From assembly GCA_002245135.1 (NCBI GenBank), contig NGBS01000583.1, positions 1 to 64,000 of the forward strand: DNA of 64,000 bases, in the 5' to 3' direction. Source of the DNA: Proteromonas lacertae (Eukaryota). The translations under genes were made by a program, and so were the position numbers. The notes beneath the pieces are model-generated. The model did not search any database and had not been told where the DNA came from. It saw nothing but the letters and a program-made list of their open reading frames with translations. Shown piece by piece: positions 41,401 through 55,800 of this stretch; position 1 is the first letter of the stretch, and the number at the start of each line of letters is the position of its first letter.

Positions 41401-42208
41401 CTTCACTTTTACATTCTGTAGCAATATGTAGTAATGTATTCTAATAAATATAAGATATATACAAAATATAATATAAGATACAAGATTACCATCTTTACTT
41501 TCTAATAACATCTTACTACAATGAGGTAATAATAGCTTAAAACAATCAAAATGATTATTTACTATTGTATTCTATAAAATATACATGATATTATAAATAA
41601 TACATATAAACACTTATAATCAATATTACTACTATTTAATGTCAATAAATATCTTATTATATCGATGTGACCTTCTATACATGCCAACTGAAGAAGTGAA
41701 TAACCTGATTTATCATCAACCAAGTAAGACATATCAACATTCGTATTGTTCAATTCAACATATTCATATATTTTTTCTATATTATCTGTATGAATATAAT
41801 ATGGCATGTTACTGATAGTATTTGAGTTTTTATCATTTTCATTTGCCGGTTCTTCAGGTAATTTAAAATCATTTTTGATGACCATTGGGAATTTATCTTT
41901 GTTGTTTATTTTTAATATTGGTGGAGGATCATATGAAGGGTCTTTTGATATCCATTGTTCCGTTGGAGGTAATATTTGATTTGGCATTCCATATACCATA
42001 TACAAAACAACATTTTTGTTAAGTATTAACCAATCCCAATTCTGTTTCTGAACTAATTTATATCCGCTGTTGTGTATAAACGTCACTCTATTCCAATCAT
42101 CACCTTCACATCTACAAATTATAAGCATATATAATTTTTATACAGCTTAAAAGTGCCATTTATTGGAGTACCAGCTCCATAAACATAACATTCGACTTGG
42201 CTTGACAT
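38403..42208 (-). CDS. Ankyrin-repeat protein with coiled coil and C-terminal degenerate kinase domain (complete copy, multi-exon)
   Basis: ATG 42208. Many ankyrin repeats (GYSLLQLACIEGH, CLHLACEKG, GNTCFHYAV, TPLHLAC, GNTILHY). Kinase motifs VNGNLKPSNII, ITDYC, YYSPE, KSDVWSFG and PDVRPT. Confidence 0.85.
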
Positions 42209-42926
42209 TTTTGAGAATAAAGAAACGACTATTTTTTTCATTAAATTCTGTAATTTATGTATTGTGTGAAATCATCAGTCTCTAGACAATTTTATCCTGC
42301 TTTACTCCATTCAGGATATACAAGGATTGGTACTACTATGCTTAAAAGAACAGTTGTCAATTGTGTATGAAAATGAAATGTTATTGCTATATAGGGATTG
42401 GTTGTAGTTCCACAACAAAAAGCATATGTTGTAGAAAGATTTGGAAAATATAAAACTACTTTACAACCTGGTATATTACAATTATTCTAGTTTAATAGGT
42501 CTACACTTTTTAATTCCACTTGTGGATAAAATAAGATATATACACCAGTTAAAAGAGCAAGCTATTAGTATTCCTAATCAAACTGCTATTACAAAAGATA
42601 ATGTTACTATAAATATTGACGGTGTGTTATATGTAAGAGTAACTGATCCATATGCAGCATCTTATGGTGTATTAGATGCAATTTATGCAATAAGTCAATT
42701 AGCACAAACAACTATGAGATCAGAAATTGGCAAGATTACTTTGGATAAAACATTTGAAGAAAGAGATTCATTAAATCAACATATTGTTAATTCAATCAAT
42801 GTAGCTAGTAAAGCTTGGGGTATTTCCTGCTTAAGATATGAAATTAGAGATATTTCACCACCTGCAACTGTAAGACAAAGTATGGATAGTCAAGCAAGTG
42901 CAGAACGTAAGAAGCGTACTGATATA

Positions 42927-45320
42927 CAGTCAAACCTGTATAACTCAAACCCCTTCATTTTCAAGAAACGGACAAAAATTCGAGTTATATTTTTTGCTTC
43001 TTGTTTATTTGAAAAATGAATTATAATCAAATAAAATGTTGAAACAAAATGATTATAATTTACTATTTTATACATTTGAATAAATATACTAAATACACTA
43101 AAAATAATTGATATACAAAGAGATTTTATAAGTGTTTTAAAGATTATTCGAAGATGTTGTTAATCTTGCTTTTTTTAGTTTTATTTATTTCATTAGACAT
43201 ATTATCAATTCTTCTTTTGGTTTTGCAGGTTGCATTATTTGAATCTTCTTTACTATTTTCTTGAATTACATTATCAACAACTTCTACTTTAAAACCATCT
43301 TCATTTTCAAAGCTATAAAATGGGTACAACTCACTTATAGATTTTGTACTAAAAAGAGAAGTTGCATTTATAAATGAATTTGTATTTCCATCTTCTATAA
43401 TAATATCATTTACTTTACCAATTATTTGGCTTAATTCGCATTGACTTTCTTCATCATCATCAACATTCATATTACAATTTTCTGATTGTAATATGGAATT
43501 TAATTCTTTTATTTGTTCTTCAGATGGTAATGAAGATTTCAACCAACATTTAATAACTGTTGTTTTTTTAAGACCAAAAAATACTTTGGTAGAATAATAC
43601 ATAGCATCTGCTATATTCGGTTGCTTACATAAAGCTATACCACCTTTTCCTTTACTGTTTTCAATTTGAATATTCTTTATTAATTCAAAGTTTTCAATAT
43701 TTTCTACACATTTCTTTAAAATTTCAGTTTTATAATTGCTTTTTATTTTGTTAATAATTCCCATATCTAATGGTTGATAACGACTTGTGCAGTTAGGCGG
43801 AAGGAAAAGTAGTTGAATGTTATCATATTCTGCTCCAATTAATGATCTAGGATGAGATGCACAATTATCCATCACCAAAAGTACTTTGTTGTTTTTAATA
43901 ATATCTTTGACTGAGGGAAGAAAAATATTATCCATATAGTATTTAAAAACTCTATTATCCATCCAAGCATTGGATTGATTAATGTAATTGTTAGGTTTTT
44001 CATTAAAGCATAAAGGTTTTTGTGATTTTCCAATATAAAGAATTGGTACTTTAATTGAATTATCCATATTTACTGTAATTGCGATTGAAATACGTGACTT
44101 TGCTATTTTGAATCCTTTGAAGTTCTTCTTTTCATGGTTGTCAATTACACATTTTCTAGGCAATTGTGAGTAATATAAACCACTTTCATCCATGTTAAAT
44201 ACGAACATAGGTTTATAAGAAGAAATAATCTTACGGACATTACTAATATTAACATTTGGGCATGATGACGCTTCACCATGAAGATTTACGCTACTCAGTT
44301 TGTTACGTTTCATTAAATTTTGAACATATGAGATATGGAACTTCTTCTCTGATAATTGATTGAGTTTGTATAATAAAATTGACTCTGTGATTGGGATGTG
44401 AGTTATATATATTTTTGATATTGCTGAGTTATACCAATTCAATAATTTTCTTTCCAGCTCAGGATACTTTGATTTTCTCTCTCTAAATATATTATCATCT
44501 TTATCTATTTATAACAACTTAATGATAATTATTACCTTCAAATTTCATGATTTTATCCTTATTTATAAGCCATGTAGATATAGTTGATTGTTTTACTGAG
44601 TATTTTTGACATATTTCGTACCTTGTTATACGCTTAGCTTCTAATTGTCTAAGCAACATGGCTTTAGTGTGTAAGGGTAATTGAGTACCACTTCTTTTTT
44701 TTGAATTGTTCAACATGTTAAGAATTTATTAAATGAAATCAATCACTTGATTAATCACTTTTTACTATGTGATAAATTATGGATATAAAAATGATATATT
44801 ATGGATATAAGTGATTAGATATTAATAAAGTGATGAATTATTAATCTTTATATACTCTAAGTGATTGATTCAACATAATTCATTTCAATCTATCTCAATA
44901 TTAATCAAAAAATTAAATTAATCTATTTCAACTAGAAATATACAAATAAAATTAGTTAAGTCATTAAGATTAGTTAGAATTAGTAAAATCAAAATATGTT
45001 TCAAAATAATATTCGTTTTATAGTCTCATTTTTATAGAAAATAAATCATAGCAAGAAGAATTTATGAATAGTATTTCTTGTAATGGTTTATTTATTTACT
45101 AATCTTTTGATATAGAATAAGAAAATATAGTAATTTCAAACAGAGAGACATTTAAGAAGATCATGACCCTCAGAATAATATAGATAGAATATATTATAGT
45201 AATAGTAATTTATAAAAGATTAGAACATGTAAAAATAACAAAAAAATAAAATCATATAAAATAAAATAAAAAATGTAATTTATTCGAGTTATATTACTTC
45301 GAATAATACAGGTTTGACTG
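42927..45320 (-). mobile_element. pogo/Tigger-like (Tc1/mariner superfamily) DNA transposon, 2394 bp
   Basis: 15-bp perfect TIR CAGTCAAACCTGTAT at both ends; TA TSD at 42925-42926 and 45321-45322; subterminal ATTCGAGTTATATT at 42978 and 45282. Confidence 0.95.
43144..44716 (-). CDS. pogo-family DDE transposase (~513 aa, one 31-nt intron)
   Basis: N-terminal HTH; intron 44505-44535 joins in frame to KSKYPELERKLLNW (CENP-B-type HTH). Catalytic motifs NMDESG, VMDNCASH and QPLDMG (DD33D). Confidence 0.93.
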
Positions 45321-45792
45321 TATTAGAATCAGAGGGTAAAAGACAAGCAGCTATCAATAATGCTGAAGGTGAAAAAGCTGAAGTTGTATTAAACGCTGAA
45401 GCTAAAGCTAGAGCTATCACAATGGCAGCAGAAGCACAAAGTCAAGCAATAGAGAGAATAGCAAAAGCTATAAATGAACCTGGTGGGTTACAAGCTGTTA
45501 GTTTGTCAATTGCTGAACAATATATACAAGCATTCTCTAATATTGCTAAAAAAGGAAATACTATTATATTACCAGCTGATATTAACAATATTGCCAGTAT
45601 GGTATCTCAATCTTTAGGAATTTTCAATCACATCCAAAGTAATCAAGCTGAAAAAGTGAAAAATGCAATTAACGAAGAAAATAAAAAGATTAACAAAAAT
45701 CAATCAAATAATACAGTTGATGATTCGACAACAAATTCAGTAAATACACTTATTAACGATTTATTAAAGCCAACAAATTAATTATTATTCTT

Positions 45793-46530
45793 TTATTTTA
45801 TTTCAATGTTGTTTTTAAAACAGGCATCTAGTTCTTTGTTGATTAATTGAGGTTTATAATTGTGTTTCTTTCTAACAAAATTATATAACATATTCATTAT
45901 ATACATTAAAAAAAAATATAATATTCCCATCACTCCGTAACATGAAAATAAATCATATTTTGTTAATTGACAAGATTTATAAAAACTTCTATTACACTTT
46001 GATAAAGGTAATACTAACACAGTTAATAGTCCATTTTGATTACCTCCATATATATCTGTTGTTAAAGAGTCACCAACCATTATTGATTTACTCTAAAAAA
46101 TATAAAAGAACAAAATATACACAATCTTCTTTTGGTATTATTTCATCATATCCATTTGGTTTTTTAGAGTTGTGATGTGCAACTTTAATGTTCCACTTTC
46201 GTTCAAACTCGTCAGCTTTTTTAAAATGCCTATCTTCTTGTTTTGTACCAACAGAATTCGAAAATATCATAAAATGATCAGATCCAAATACGTTTTTGCC
46301 TTTATTTAAATTTGGTAGTATTGATTCTGGTATATTCATTTTAAGTCCTACAGTCACTGCATTATCTTTGTCAAGAAGTATATTTTTGTATCCATGCTCT
46401 TTTAATCTATTTTTATATTACTCATTTTATTTATACAAACTAAAATCTATATCAGCGATAGAAGATATGAAATAGGTTGGTATAATCATGTGTCTTCCAT
46501 GCTTTGTAAACAACGAAGAGAAAAAAGATC
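45793..46530 (-). CDS. HAD IIIA phosphatase, Gep4/YqeG-like phosphatidylglycerophosphatase (5' end uncertain)
   Basis: Motifs ILLDKDNAVT, FSNSVG, KKP and MVGDSLTTDIYGGN across exons. Confidence 0.8.
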
Positions 46531-46804
46531 TAAAAACTAATGATTTGACATGTTAAGGATAATAAAATAATGATTCAGTAAAGATATATTGAGATAAAAC
46601 ATTTAAAAAGTTCCAAAAATATAGTCGTTATCTTCTGTTGTTTTTTATTGAATAATATTTAAGCAGTTTAAAAAAATGCTCATGTTGAGATGATATATTT
46701 TTTTATCCGTTCTTCTTATCCTCCATATATTTTTATTGCGACTATGAACATTAGAAAATGTTCCTTAAAGTTTCGAGCCAAACTTATTCTTTTTTCGTTT
46801 TTGC

Positions 46805-49800
46805 ATGTTTTTTGTTTATTTATTTAGTTGTTTGTTACTTACTTCAGCTGTAAATATCGCCACAATAACAACTGATTCTGTTGAAGGTGACAGAATAACA
46901 AATTTAGTTAACAACTATGTTCGTACACACAATAGCTACACACTATCATTAAGCAAAAAAATAAGCGATGAAAAAGATGTAAGTGCTATTAGTGAGGCTT
47001 ACAAACTCATTAACAGCAGTTATGTTCGTGATGTTTTTGTGTATTTACCTGAAACAGATCCTAATACGTTGAATGATATAACGTCTAAGTACAAAATTTA
47101 TACTTTAAATGCTGTTAATCATGATATAAAGATATGTTTAAAGTATACATTCTATGGATTTGATACATGTCATGGGAAATATTTATGTATAGTAAAATAT
47201 AATAATTTATTAATAGTTTTAAATGCTTTCAAAAATGAAGCGATTTATAATGTGATGCTAGCCTATAAGAACGATTGTAGTAGAAGACTTGGTCTTTATT
47301 TAGCTCAATTTGGAAATTCAGAAAAATATAATCTCCAAATAAATCCTTTAGATAGCATAGCAAATAGTAAGTTGTTAATTGATCAAAAGTTTCCTGTGTA
47401 TGAAAGTGAGTTAAAAAATAAGAAATTGATGATATATAATTTTATTAATAACACAGAATTAGCTATATATATAACTGAAAAATATAATAATTTACTCAAA
47501 GATTTGCAATATAATGGATTATCACATTACAGTTTAAATAGAAAAGAGATATTCACAAATCTTGATAAATTTAAAGATACAATGATAGCTGATGAGTTTT
47601 TAAATCCAAATATAGTTAATAATAAAATGGTTGATGATGTTGGAGATATAAGTACAGCATTAACTGATCCAACAGCATCTCCTTCAGGTGGAAATATGAA
47701 TGATTATTCAAACTCTGAAATAGTGATGTATCAGATGCTGGAAATGTTAAGCAAAATATTTTATAAGCAAACTAATATAGAATCTAATCAAGTATTATTC
47801 GAGTTATTTAATAAAGATTTATTTTATGCAAATATGAAATTTGGATTATTAAGAAATCTTAGATTAATTGCTAATCTAATGGTATGTTATGTTGAAGAAA
47901 ATGCAGCTACAGGTAGTTTTGAACTAAAAAATAGAACTGAAATACCTGTTAAATATAGTGTTCCTATTGCTGTAATACAAGGACAACCCAATTACACATC
48001 ATGTGATGTTGCTTATGAAGATCCAGTGATTAAAGCAGATGCTATATTTATCGTTTTATCTTTTTATGGTAGAAATGATAGAGGATATTTGGAAAGCCAT
48101 AAATTAATTGCTACTTTAGCTGCTATTGATAGAATTAATGAAGTTGTATATTATATATATATATATATGTTATAGAGTCCAATAATGGGTAAAGAAATTG
48201 TACCAATATTTATTGATGCTGCATATAGTGCAAATGTCTTTTATGCATATGTGATGGGATTTTTTTATAACTTTTACATAAAGTTGTTTATTTGTTCTGA
48301 AGATATTGCTGATCTTACTAAATTTGTTGAATGTATAGTAACATATTATTATTATATAATCTGCATAGTATATCCACTGAATATGGTTTATATCAATGTA
48401 GCAGCAATTGGTGGAGAAATGTGTAATTCGTACATATTTAATGGTGAAATATCTGCTTCATCTTATCTAAAACATGCTAGTCATAACATATTCAAGCAAT
48501 ACACTAATATATTTGTAGTTAAGGGTAGTACAATGTATTCTGATCAAGCCTATCAAGCTTATGAATCTATTTCTGATAGTATTGGCGTTAATAAAGTGGG
48601 TGTTTATAGTTTAAATGGTCCTGATGTTACAAGTGCACAAAGTGCAATATCAGATATAGAAAGAATATGTGATGATAGTTGTTTAATCCTTAATTTGTGT
48701 GATTCTTATTACCAGAAGGAATTTTTTATTCAATACAACACTTCATTGAAACTGAACCCTATGGATTTCCCAATTCTATCATTTACATTAGATGAGAGAT
48801 TAATTGCAGATATTGGTGTTGAGTACTTTGAAGGTCATTATGCTATGGGTTATTATTTTAATAGTATGAAGACATCCTATTCTGAAGAAATACACAGTGT
48901 TTTAGATAAAGTGTATATGATTCCCAATACAGTAGTGACATCCAGTATGGCATTATGTTATAGTCAAATTTACCTATTAAAAAATGTATTGGATGTTATA
49001 TATGATCTTGATTTCACTAAATTAAAAGGGTATATTTATTTATTTATATACTATTTTATTCATTTATAGTGAGTTTCAACATGCCAGTGTAATTGGTGCA
49101 GGTGGTTTATTATCATGGAATAGTGAAGGATTATCAGACTCCAGAATATATCTAGGAAAGATTGATAATCAAGGGAATATCATATTAACTGAATCAACTA
49201 GATATATTAATCCAACTCCATCTTATAGTGATAATTACAGAGTTTGTGATTGGGAAACTGGAGAAGTTTTGAGAAGAGAAATATATAAAGTGATATTCTT
49301 ACATTTATATAATGATAAAAACAAAATATATGATAAATATTATGCAAATTATTTCTCAGTAGTGATTGATATTATTAATGATTTATATAATGGTATTAAT
49401 AATCATAAAGTTGTTGGAATTCAACCTTTATTAAGAGATGAAAGTGAAATGATTCAATATGTTGAACAAAATGGTAATGATGAACATATTATTGCATTTC
49501 TAGGAACTAGTTCATATCATTTTTTTACTTATGTGTATTGAAGTAAACTCTTTAATTTTATGTACTAATAAAGAAAGTGAAATAATACATCCATATTTAG
49601 TGAAATGCAATAAATTATTGTTTAGTATACTACCTAGCGAAGGTGATCAAAGTCTGCAGAATATAATTCAAATTGGTAGAATTCCTGTACATTATGTAAA
49701 TACAATATTTACATATTTCTGTAAAGAGAATACTCAAGTGATTATTCTCTATAATTCAGAATATTCTATTTCTACCAATATACAGAAATATATTGTGGAT

Positions 49801-52800
49801 TATTGCAGAATATTTGAAAGTATAAACTGTACATCCCACGATTTAAAGAATGAAACAGAGATAAGAATATTTGCTAATACTACGTTGACAAATGAATATA
49901 ATAACGATGAAAAAGATGTTATTATTATCAGTGTACTGAGAGAGGATTCTAACATTTTATTAAGCGAAATGTATGATAATGAGATATCAAGTGATCAATA
50001 TCCAGTAATTATGGTTGATATTATTGTTACTTTTGCTTATGATAGTGAAAATCCAAAGATATATAATGGTCATTATTTCATATCTTCCCATGTTAATAAA
50101 TATGATTATATCACAAATTCCCAATTCAATAGTTTCATTGATTTAAAGTATGGAGATAGTAAATATATAAACGTTGAAGGATTAGAAATGCTGTTAGAAG
50201 CAAATCGATTATTGACTGTTGCATTTGAGAACATAAAAACATCAGATGCTGATAAATTAAGAGAAGAGGTTTATAGAACAACTATAGACTTGCCACACGG
50301 TCAAGCATCTGTAAGTAGTAGAAATATTGCATCTAATCAGATATTCCTATGTAGATTTAATGAAAATAATGATTATGATATAGTGTTAAATCCGTTTTCT
50401 TTATTAGATGTTTTTCAATTTTCACCATTTGTATATATATATATTAATAGCATTATTATTATTCTTGAATAGAAGTATGACAATTTAACTCAATACGAAA
50501 TAGATTATTCAATTTCAAACACAACTCGATTAGCCACAGTTAATAGAATAGGAATATATATAAATAAAGAAGATGAACATTTGTATTTAATAGCAGAAGC
50601 ATATTTAAATGCATTAAATAATAACGGAGGAATAAAAGGTATTCCATATCAATTAATCAGAATATCATGTAATAAACCAGATGAAATTAACAATTTTATA
50701 ATAACAAGAACAAATAGATATGATGTAAGTGAATGTTCATATAATATATCTAAAGATTATGTAGATATTATAGATAAATTGAACATTGTATTGTTATCTG
50801 TTGTTGATGAAACATCTAGTAAATGTTATGATAGAACAATAAGCACAGGAACTACTCCTAATCAAAGAATTATTCCGTTAATTGAATATATTGCAAGTGT
50901 TTATCCAATTATATATATGATTATAATGCCTGATACTTTTAATGGGACAAATCATTATAATTTGCTGAAAGATACAATTAGTAGTTACAATGGTTTTATC
51001 GTTGATGAATTAGTATTAACTGTTGGTAGTGAAGATAATGATGCAGTTATAGATATGAGAATAGCAAAAGCGTTTAGAAAGTCTTATAAAGGATGTATTG
51101 TTTTAAATTATTTAGAGAGTGAAAAAGAAAATGATAGAGTATTTAGAACTTCATATTATGTGATAAAATCTGTATGTAAAACAAATAAAGACTGTTATGA
51201 TTTATATAAAATCATATCAATGGATTTAGATGTCTATATGAAAATACCTATTCAATATAGAAATGGCCAATTATGTCAAAGTTCTGTTTTTATTAATGAA
51301 GAAACATCTGAATCATTGAATCAATTTAGACAACATTTAATTGGTGAAAAATATTACTTTGGCGAAAGAGAGTCAAGAGGGTTAATAGCATTTGAATTAA
51401 TACACCAAGCGAAGAAAAGTGATTTGGATTTACCAAATCTAGAAATAATGGAAACTGGAGTATTTGATACTTCGATTGGTAATATTACAGTAGGTAAAGA
51501 TCATTATGTTAATCTTCCAATGTATTTGTTAGAAAGTGATGAAAATGGAGTGATAAGTGTGAATAGAAAACTGTTTGATTATTTTGATGGAAATACATAT
51601 CGTCAATTATATAATGAGATATCTGATGTAAATGTAATATGTGATTTTACTACAAAAGATGTAAATGCAACTCAGTTAGTTGAAGCTACAAATATATTGA
51701 TTCTATTACCTTTGAGTGGAAGTAGTTCATTTATTGGAACTGAATTAGTATTTTCAATATTTGTCGGAATTGATTATTTGAATCAACAAGAATCATCCAA
51801 ATCTAATGATGAGAATGATATTGTATTTACATATACTCCATTATTGAAAGATTCTCAAAGTGATGTTGAAATATTAAAGAATGAAATAAGAAAAATGAGA
51901 AATAAATATAACACAAAAATAGTTATGGGATTATATGATTCAAAACTTCGTAAAGATATAACTAATTTATTAAAATCCGAAGATGTATTGTTATTATATC
52001 CAACAGATTATGAAGGATTAGAATGTGAAGAACATATATTTTATAGTGGACTTCCATTTGGAGAAAAAGTATATATAATTATAATTATTATTGTTAATAG
52101 AATGCAATTATTACTTATGCTATATCAAATCTTCCATCTCCTTTATATTTGATATATTCTTCAACAGAAATGAACAAATTGATTGTACCAGCCATTGAAT
52201 TAGAAGCTCAACAACATGGTGTTAGTTTTGTTAGATGCTATGGAGTTCCATTAGCTAATTTTGATTCTGGATATGCTGTGAATGTTGTAAAAAAAGATTT
52301 ACCAAATGGTGGAACAATTATTTCATTGTTAGATGGTGAAACTCCAATAGTATTCATGAAGAAATTATGTGAAAAGAATATGTTAGCACCAACTTATACT
52401 GTTGTTGATTTCTATTTAGATGAAATTGATGTAGATAAGAATATAGAATGTTATAATGGTAATTATTATTATTTACCCTATAATCAAGTGAGTGACAAAA
52501 TTAGAGATAAAAATGGCGACTTCTATAGAATATTTAGTAAGGAATATAGTCGTTATTCTGATAGTTACAATCTGCATATTGGAACTCTTTTAGGTTTATT
52601 GATTTTAAATCAAGGTTTAAATGATGCAGGTAAACCATTAAGAGAACTTAGTTTCAATGATGTTTTATACAATATGCAAAGAGCTAAATTGTCAGAATTT
52701 CCTGAAATTGTTCCATCAACAAGTAATCATTTAAGTTATAGTTATGGTTTATATCAAATAAATGGAAAAGAGAAAGTAATGGTTTATAGTTATAGTAATG

Positions 52801-55800
52801 CAGTTCCTGCAAATCCATGGTTTGGTTATAACACAGCAAGCTTATATTATGGATGTGATTGGGGTGAAGAAGTAAGAGGTTCAAAAATACCTAAAGAGAC
52901 CGTATTAATAGCATTATTATTCTCAATAAGTGGAGCTTATGCAGGTTTAGAATCTACAGCAATTGATCCAATAATGGCTGAAATCAATATAGTTAATAAT
53001 GAAGATGGTTTATTTGGTAAATATATGTTAAAAGGTAAAATATATGATACTATGAGTATAAATGAAGGAGGAGTAATAGCAGCAAAACAAGCAATGAAAG
53101 ATGGAGCTGAACTGTTTATTGGTTGTTTCCTGAATAAATGTAGAATTCAAACTGCAGAGTATTTGAAGCAATATAAGAAAGTATTATGGTATCCATCAAA
53201 CTTTGAAGGTCAAGAATGTCTTGAGAATGTAATGTATTGTGGAATGGTAACTAATCAATTTATGGATACTATTGTGGATTTTTTAACACAAACAAGTAAT
53301 AAGAAACAGAACCTATTATTGATTGGATTAGATAGTGTTTATTCTGACTTGTTGTTTACTATTCTTAAGAATAAGTTAGCTGATACAAGTTTTACTATAG
53401 AAGATCATAGAGGTTCAAGCATGATGGATATGGATAAAAATGTGAAGAATTGGATTGATACATATCCAGAAGGTGGTACAGTATTTACAACCTATGATTC
53501 TGGTTATTTATATGCTGTATTTGATACATTGAATAACTATATATTTGCAAATGGTTTATTCCAAGTTTTATCTAATAATGTTGATAGAGATACAATAAGA
53601 GATTATACTGTAAAAGATACATATAATGTATATTTAGTATCTTCCCATTTTGATGAGACTAAAGGTACAGAATCTAGTTTGTATAAACATACATTCAGTG
53701 AAACAGGAAGATCATGGAATACTGCCTATGGTGAAGGTGGTTCAATAGCTATTAGATTATGGATAGCAGCCAATAAATTGGCAGGAAAATTAACATTGAA
53801 TTATGATTTATTTGAGTATTTATATAAAACAACAATCACCATATGTTCTGGTACTATATCTGTAGCAACGAATCATTTTATTTCTTTAAGTATATCTGTA
53901 GCACAATGGTTACCAAATTCACACACAGTTAAACCACTTTCAAATCAAATCAGACCAAAATCTCCAATGGCATACAGTTGGGACGTTGATGGATATAATC
54001 AAATAGTTTGTGATTGGACAAATGAAAATATTTTAAGTTATGGAATAATTGATGCTTTGAGAGTATTATTAGCATATTCACAATCTGGTGGTTATAAAGA
54101 TAGAGACAATGGATTATCAGCTGTTTTGAATCTGTGTGTAGATGAACAGAATAGAGATGGTGGTTTAATTGGCAAACAATTGTATTTAACCACAATTGAT
54201 ATCGGCTATGATGATTCGATGTGTATAAATACATTAGGATTAGAATTATTAAGTGTTGAATACAGTTCAGTATTTACAACTGCATCATTAGAATGTTTAG
54301 AATCAATTAAAAGTACATTGATTAATCATGATACTCCATTTTTCCATGTTGGCTATGTTGGTGGTGAATCCTGTGAAGAATATATTTATTATTCATCAAG
54401 AGAGCCAAGTATTATGGATAGAGTGATAGATGTATATTCAGATGTTACAGATGAAGACAAAATGAGATTTGTAATAATAGGAAACACAGATTCATATAGT
54501 AAAAAAGCAGTTGAATATACTACAAGTTATTTGAGTTTTAAGTATTTGGCAGTTGGTATTAGTACAACAGTAGATCCAGCTGAGACTGATTTTACTTCAA
54601 TAGTCAATAATATAATAACAACTCAGCCGGATGGTTGTACAATATTGTTCTTTGGTTCTGTAACAAATCATAAAGGGCTTGATGCTGCTTTGCAAAAAGC
54701 TAAAGCTGATATTCATAAATATCCATTAATATCTTATGCTACTGGAAATAATGTACTAAATCTAGGATTTAGACAGTTTTATGCTGTTACTTCTTATTTA
54801 CAATCAGATACATCTATTAATGAGAATATTGAATTCATAAATTCTATTAATGGTTATACAGATGAACCAATAACAGAAATAATGAATAATGCTTATTCGA
54901 TGTTTAACATATGGAGCGAAGTAGTTGCTGAAAAGAGATCAACAAAACAAAGTGAAATAAAAACGTTATTATTGAATAGAAACTATAATGCACCTGAAGG
55001 AAAAGTAACATTAGAAAAGAATCATTATATGAGTCATTATATTTATCTTGGATATTTGAATGAAGAAGGAACAAAATTTGATATATATTATCAATCATCT
55101 TCTAAGATATACCCAACACCATGGAAACAGTTTGTTAATGTTGGAAAAAACAAATGTGATTTTAGTGATCCATCAGTTGGTTCTAGACAAAAAGAATTAT
55201 CATTTACAATTGGAATAATAAACTCTTTTACAGGTGATTATAGTGAATATGAAAGAGCAACAACAGATGGAATATTAGAGGCAGTTAATGAATTGAATAA
55301 TGCAAATGGAATATTAGGAAGGAAAATCATATTAGAAGTTAGAAATCCAGAATCTGATATAGATAAATATATAGAAATGGCAACAGAATTGGGTAGATTA
55401 GATGAAGTGCAAGTTGTATTTGGTGGATCAAAATATAATATACAAAAGAAATTATATCCAATATTTGATCGTTATAAGAAATTATTCTTTTATACAGGAA
55501 ATACAGCAGCTGGATTCTGTAGTGAATATACTTTTACAGTTCAATCGACAAGTAACCAGTTAAGTAAAGCTATAAATAAGTTCATTTTAGATAAATATCA
55601 TGAATATGTGTTACTACAAATTGACACTGAATATTCTCAGTCATCCACTCGATCTACACTTAATTTGATAAAGCAAACAGGTAGTACAATTCATGGTCCA
55701 TATGATGTAGCAAATATAACATCCTTAGATGAGATAGAAGATGAAATATTCTTAAGAAGTGCAGTTATTATAGCAATTGGGACAGGAAATATAATCACTC

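Larger units (their letters stand above)
42257..45781 (+). pseudogene. STOML2: Stomatin-like protein 2 (SPFH/band 7 family) interrupted by a pogo transposon
   Basis: [34 protein letters not shown] and [13 protein letters not shown]. Removing 42927-45322 restores [27 protein letters not shown]. The N-terminus is basic and lacks acidic residues, like an organellar presequence. Confidence 0.9.

Noticed and set aside
44519..44716. Transposase broken by a stop codon
   Set aside because: The stop lies inside a canonical 31-nt intron whose removal restores the frame.
42929..45326. pogo element being spliced out of SLP-2 as an intron
   Set aside because: The GT at 42929 paired with AG at 45310-45311 or 45325-45326 gives out-of-frame joins.
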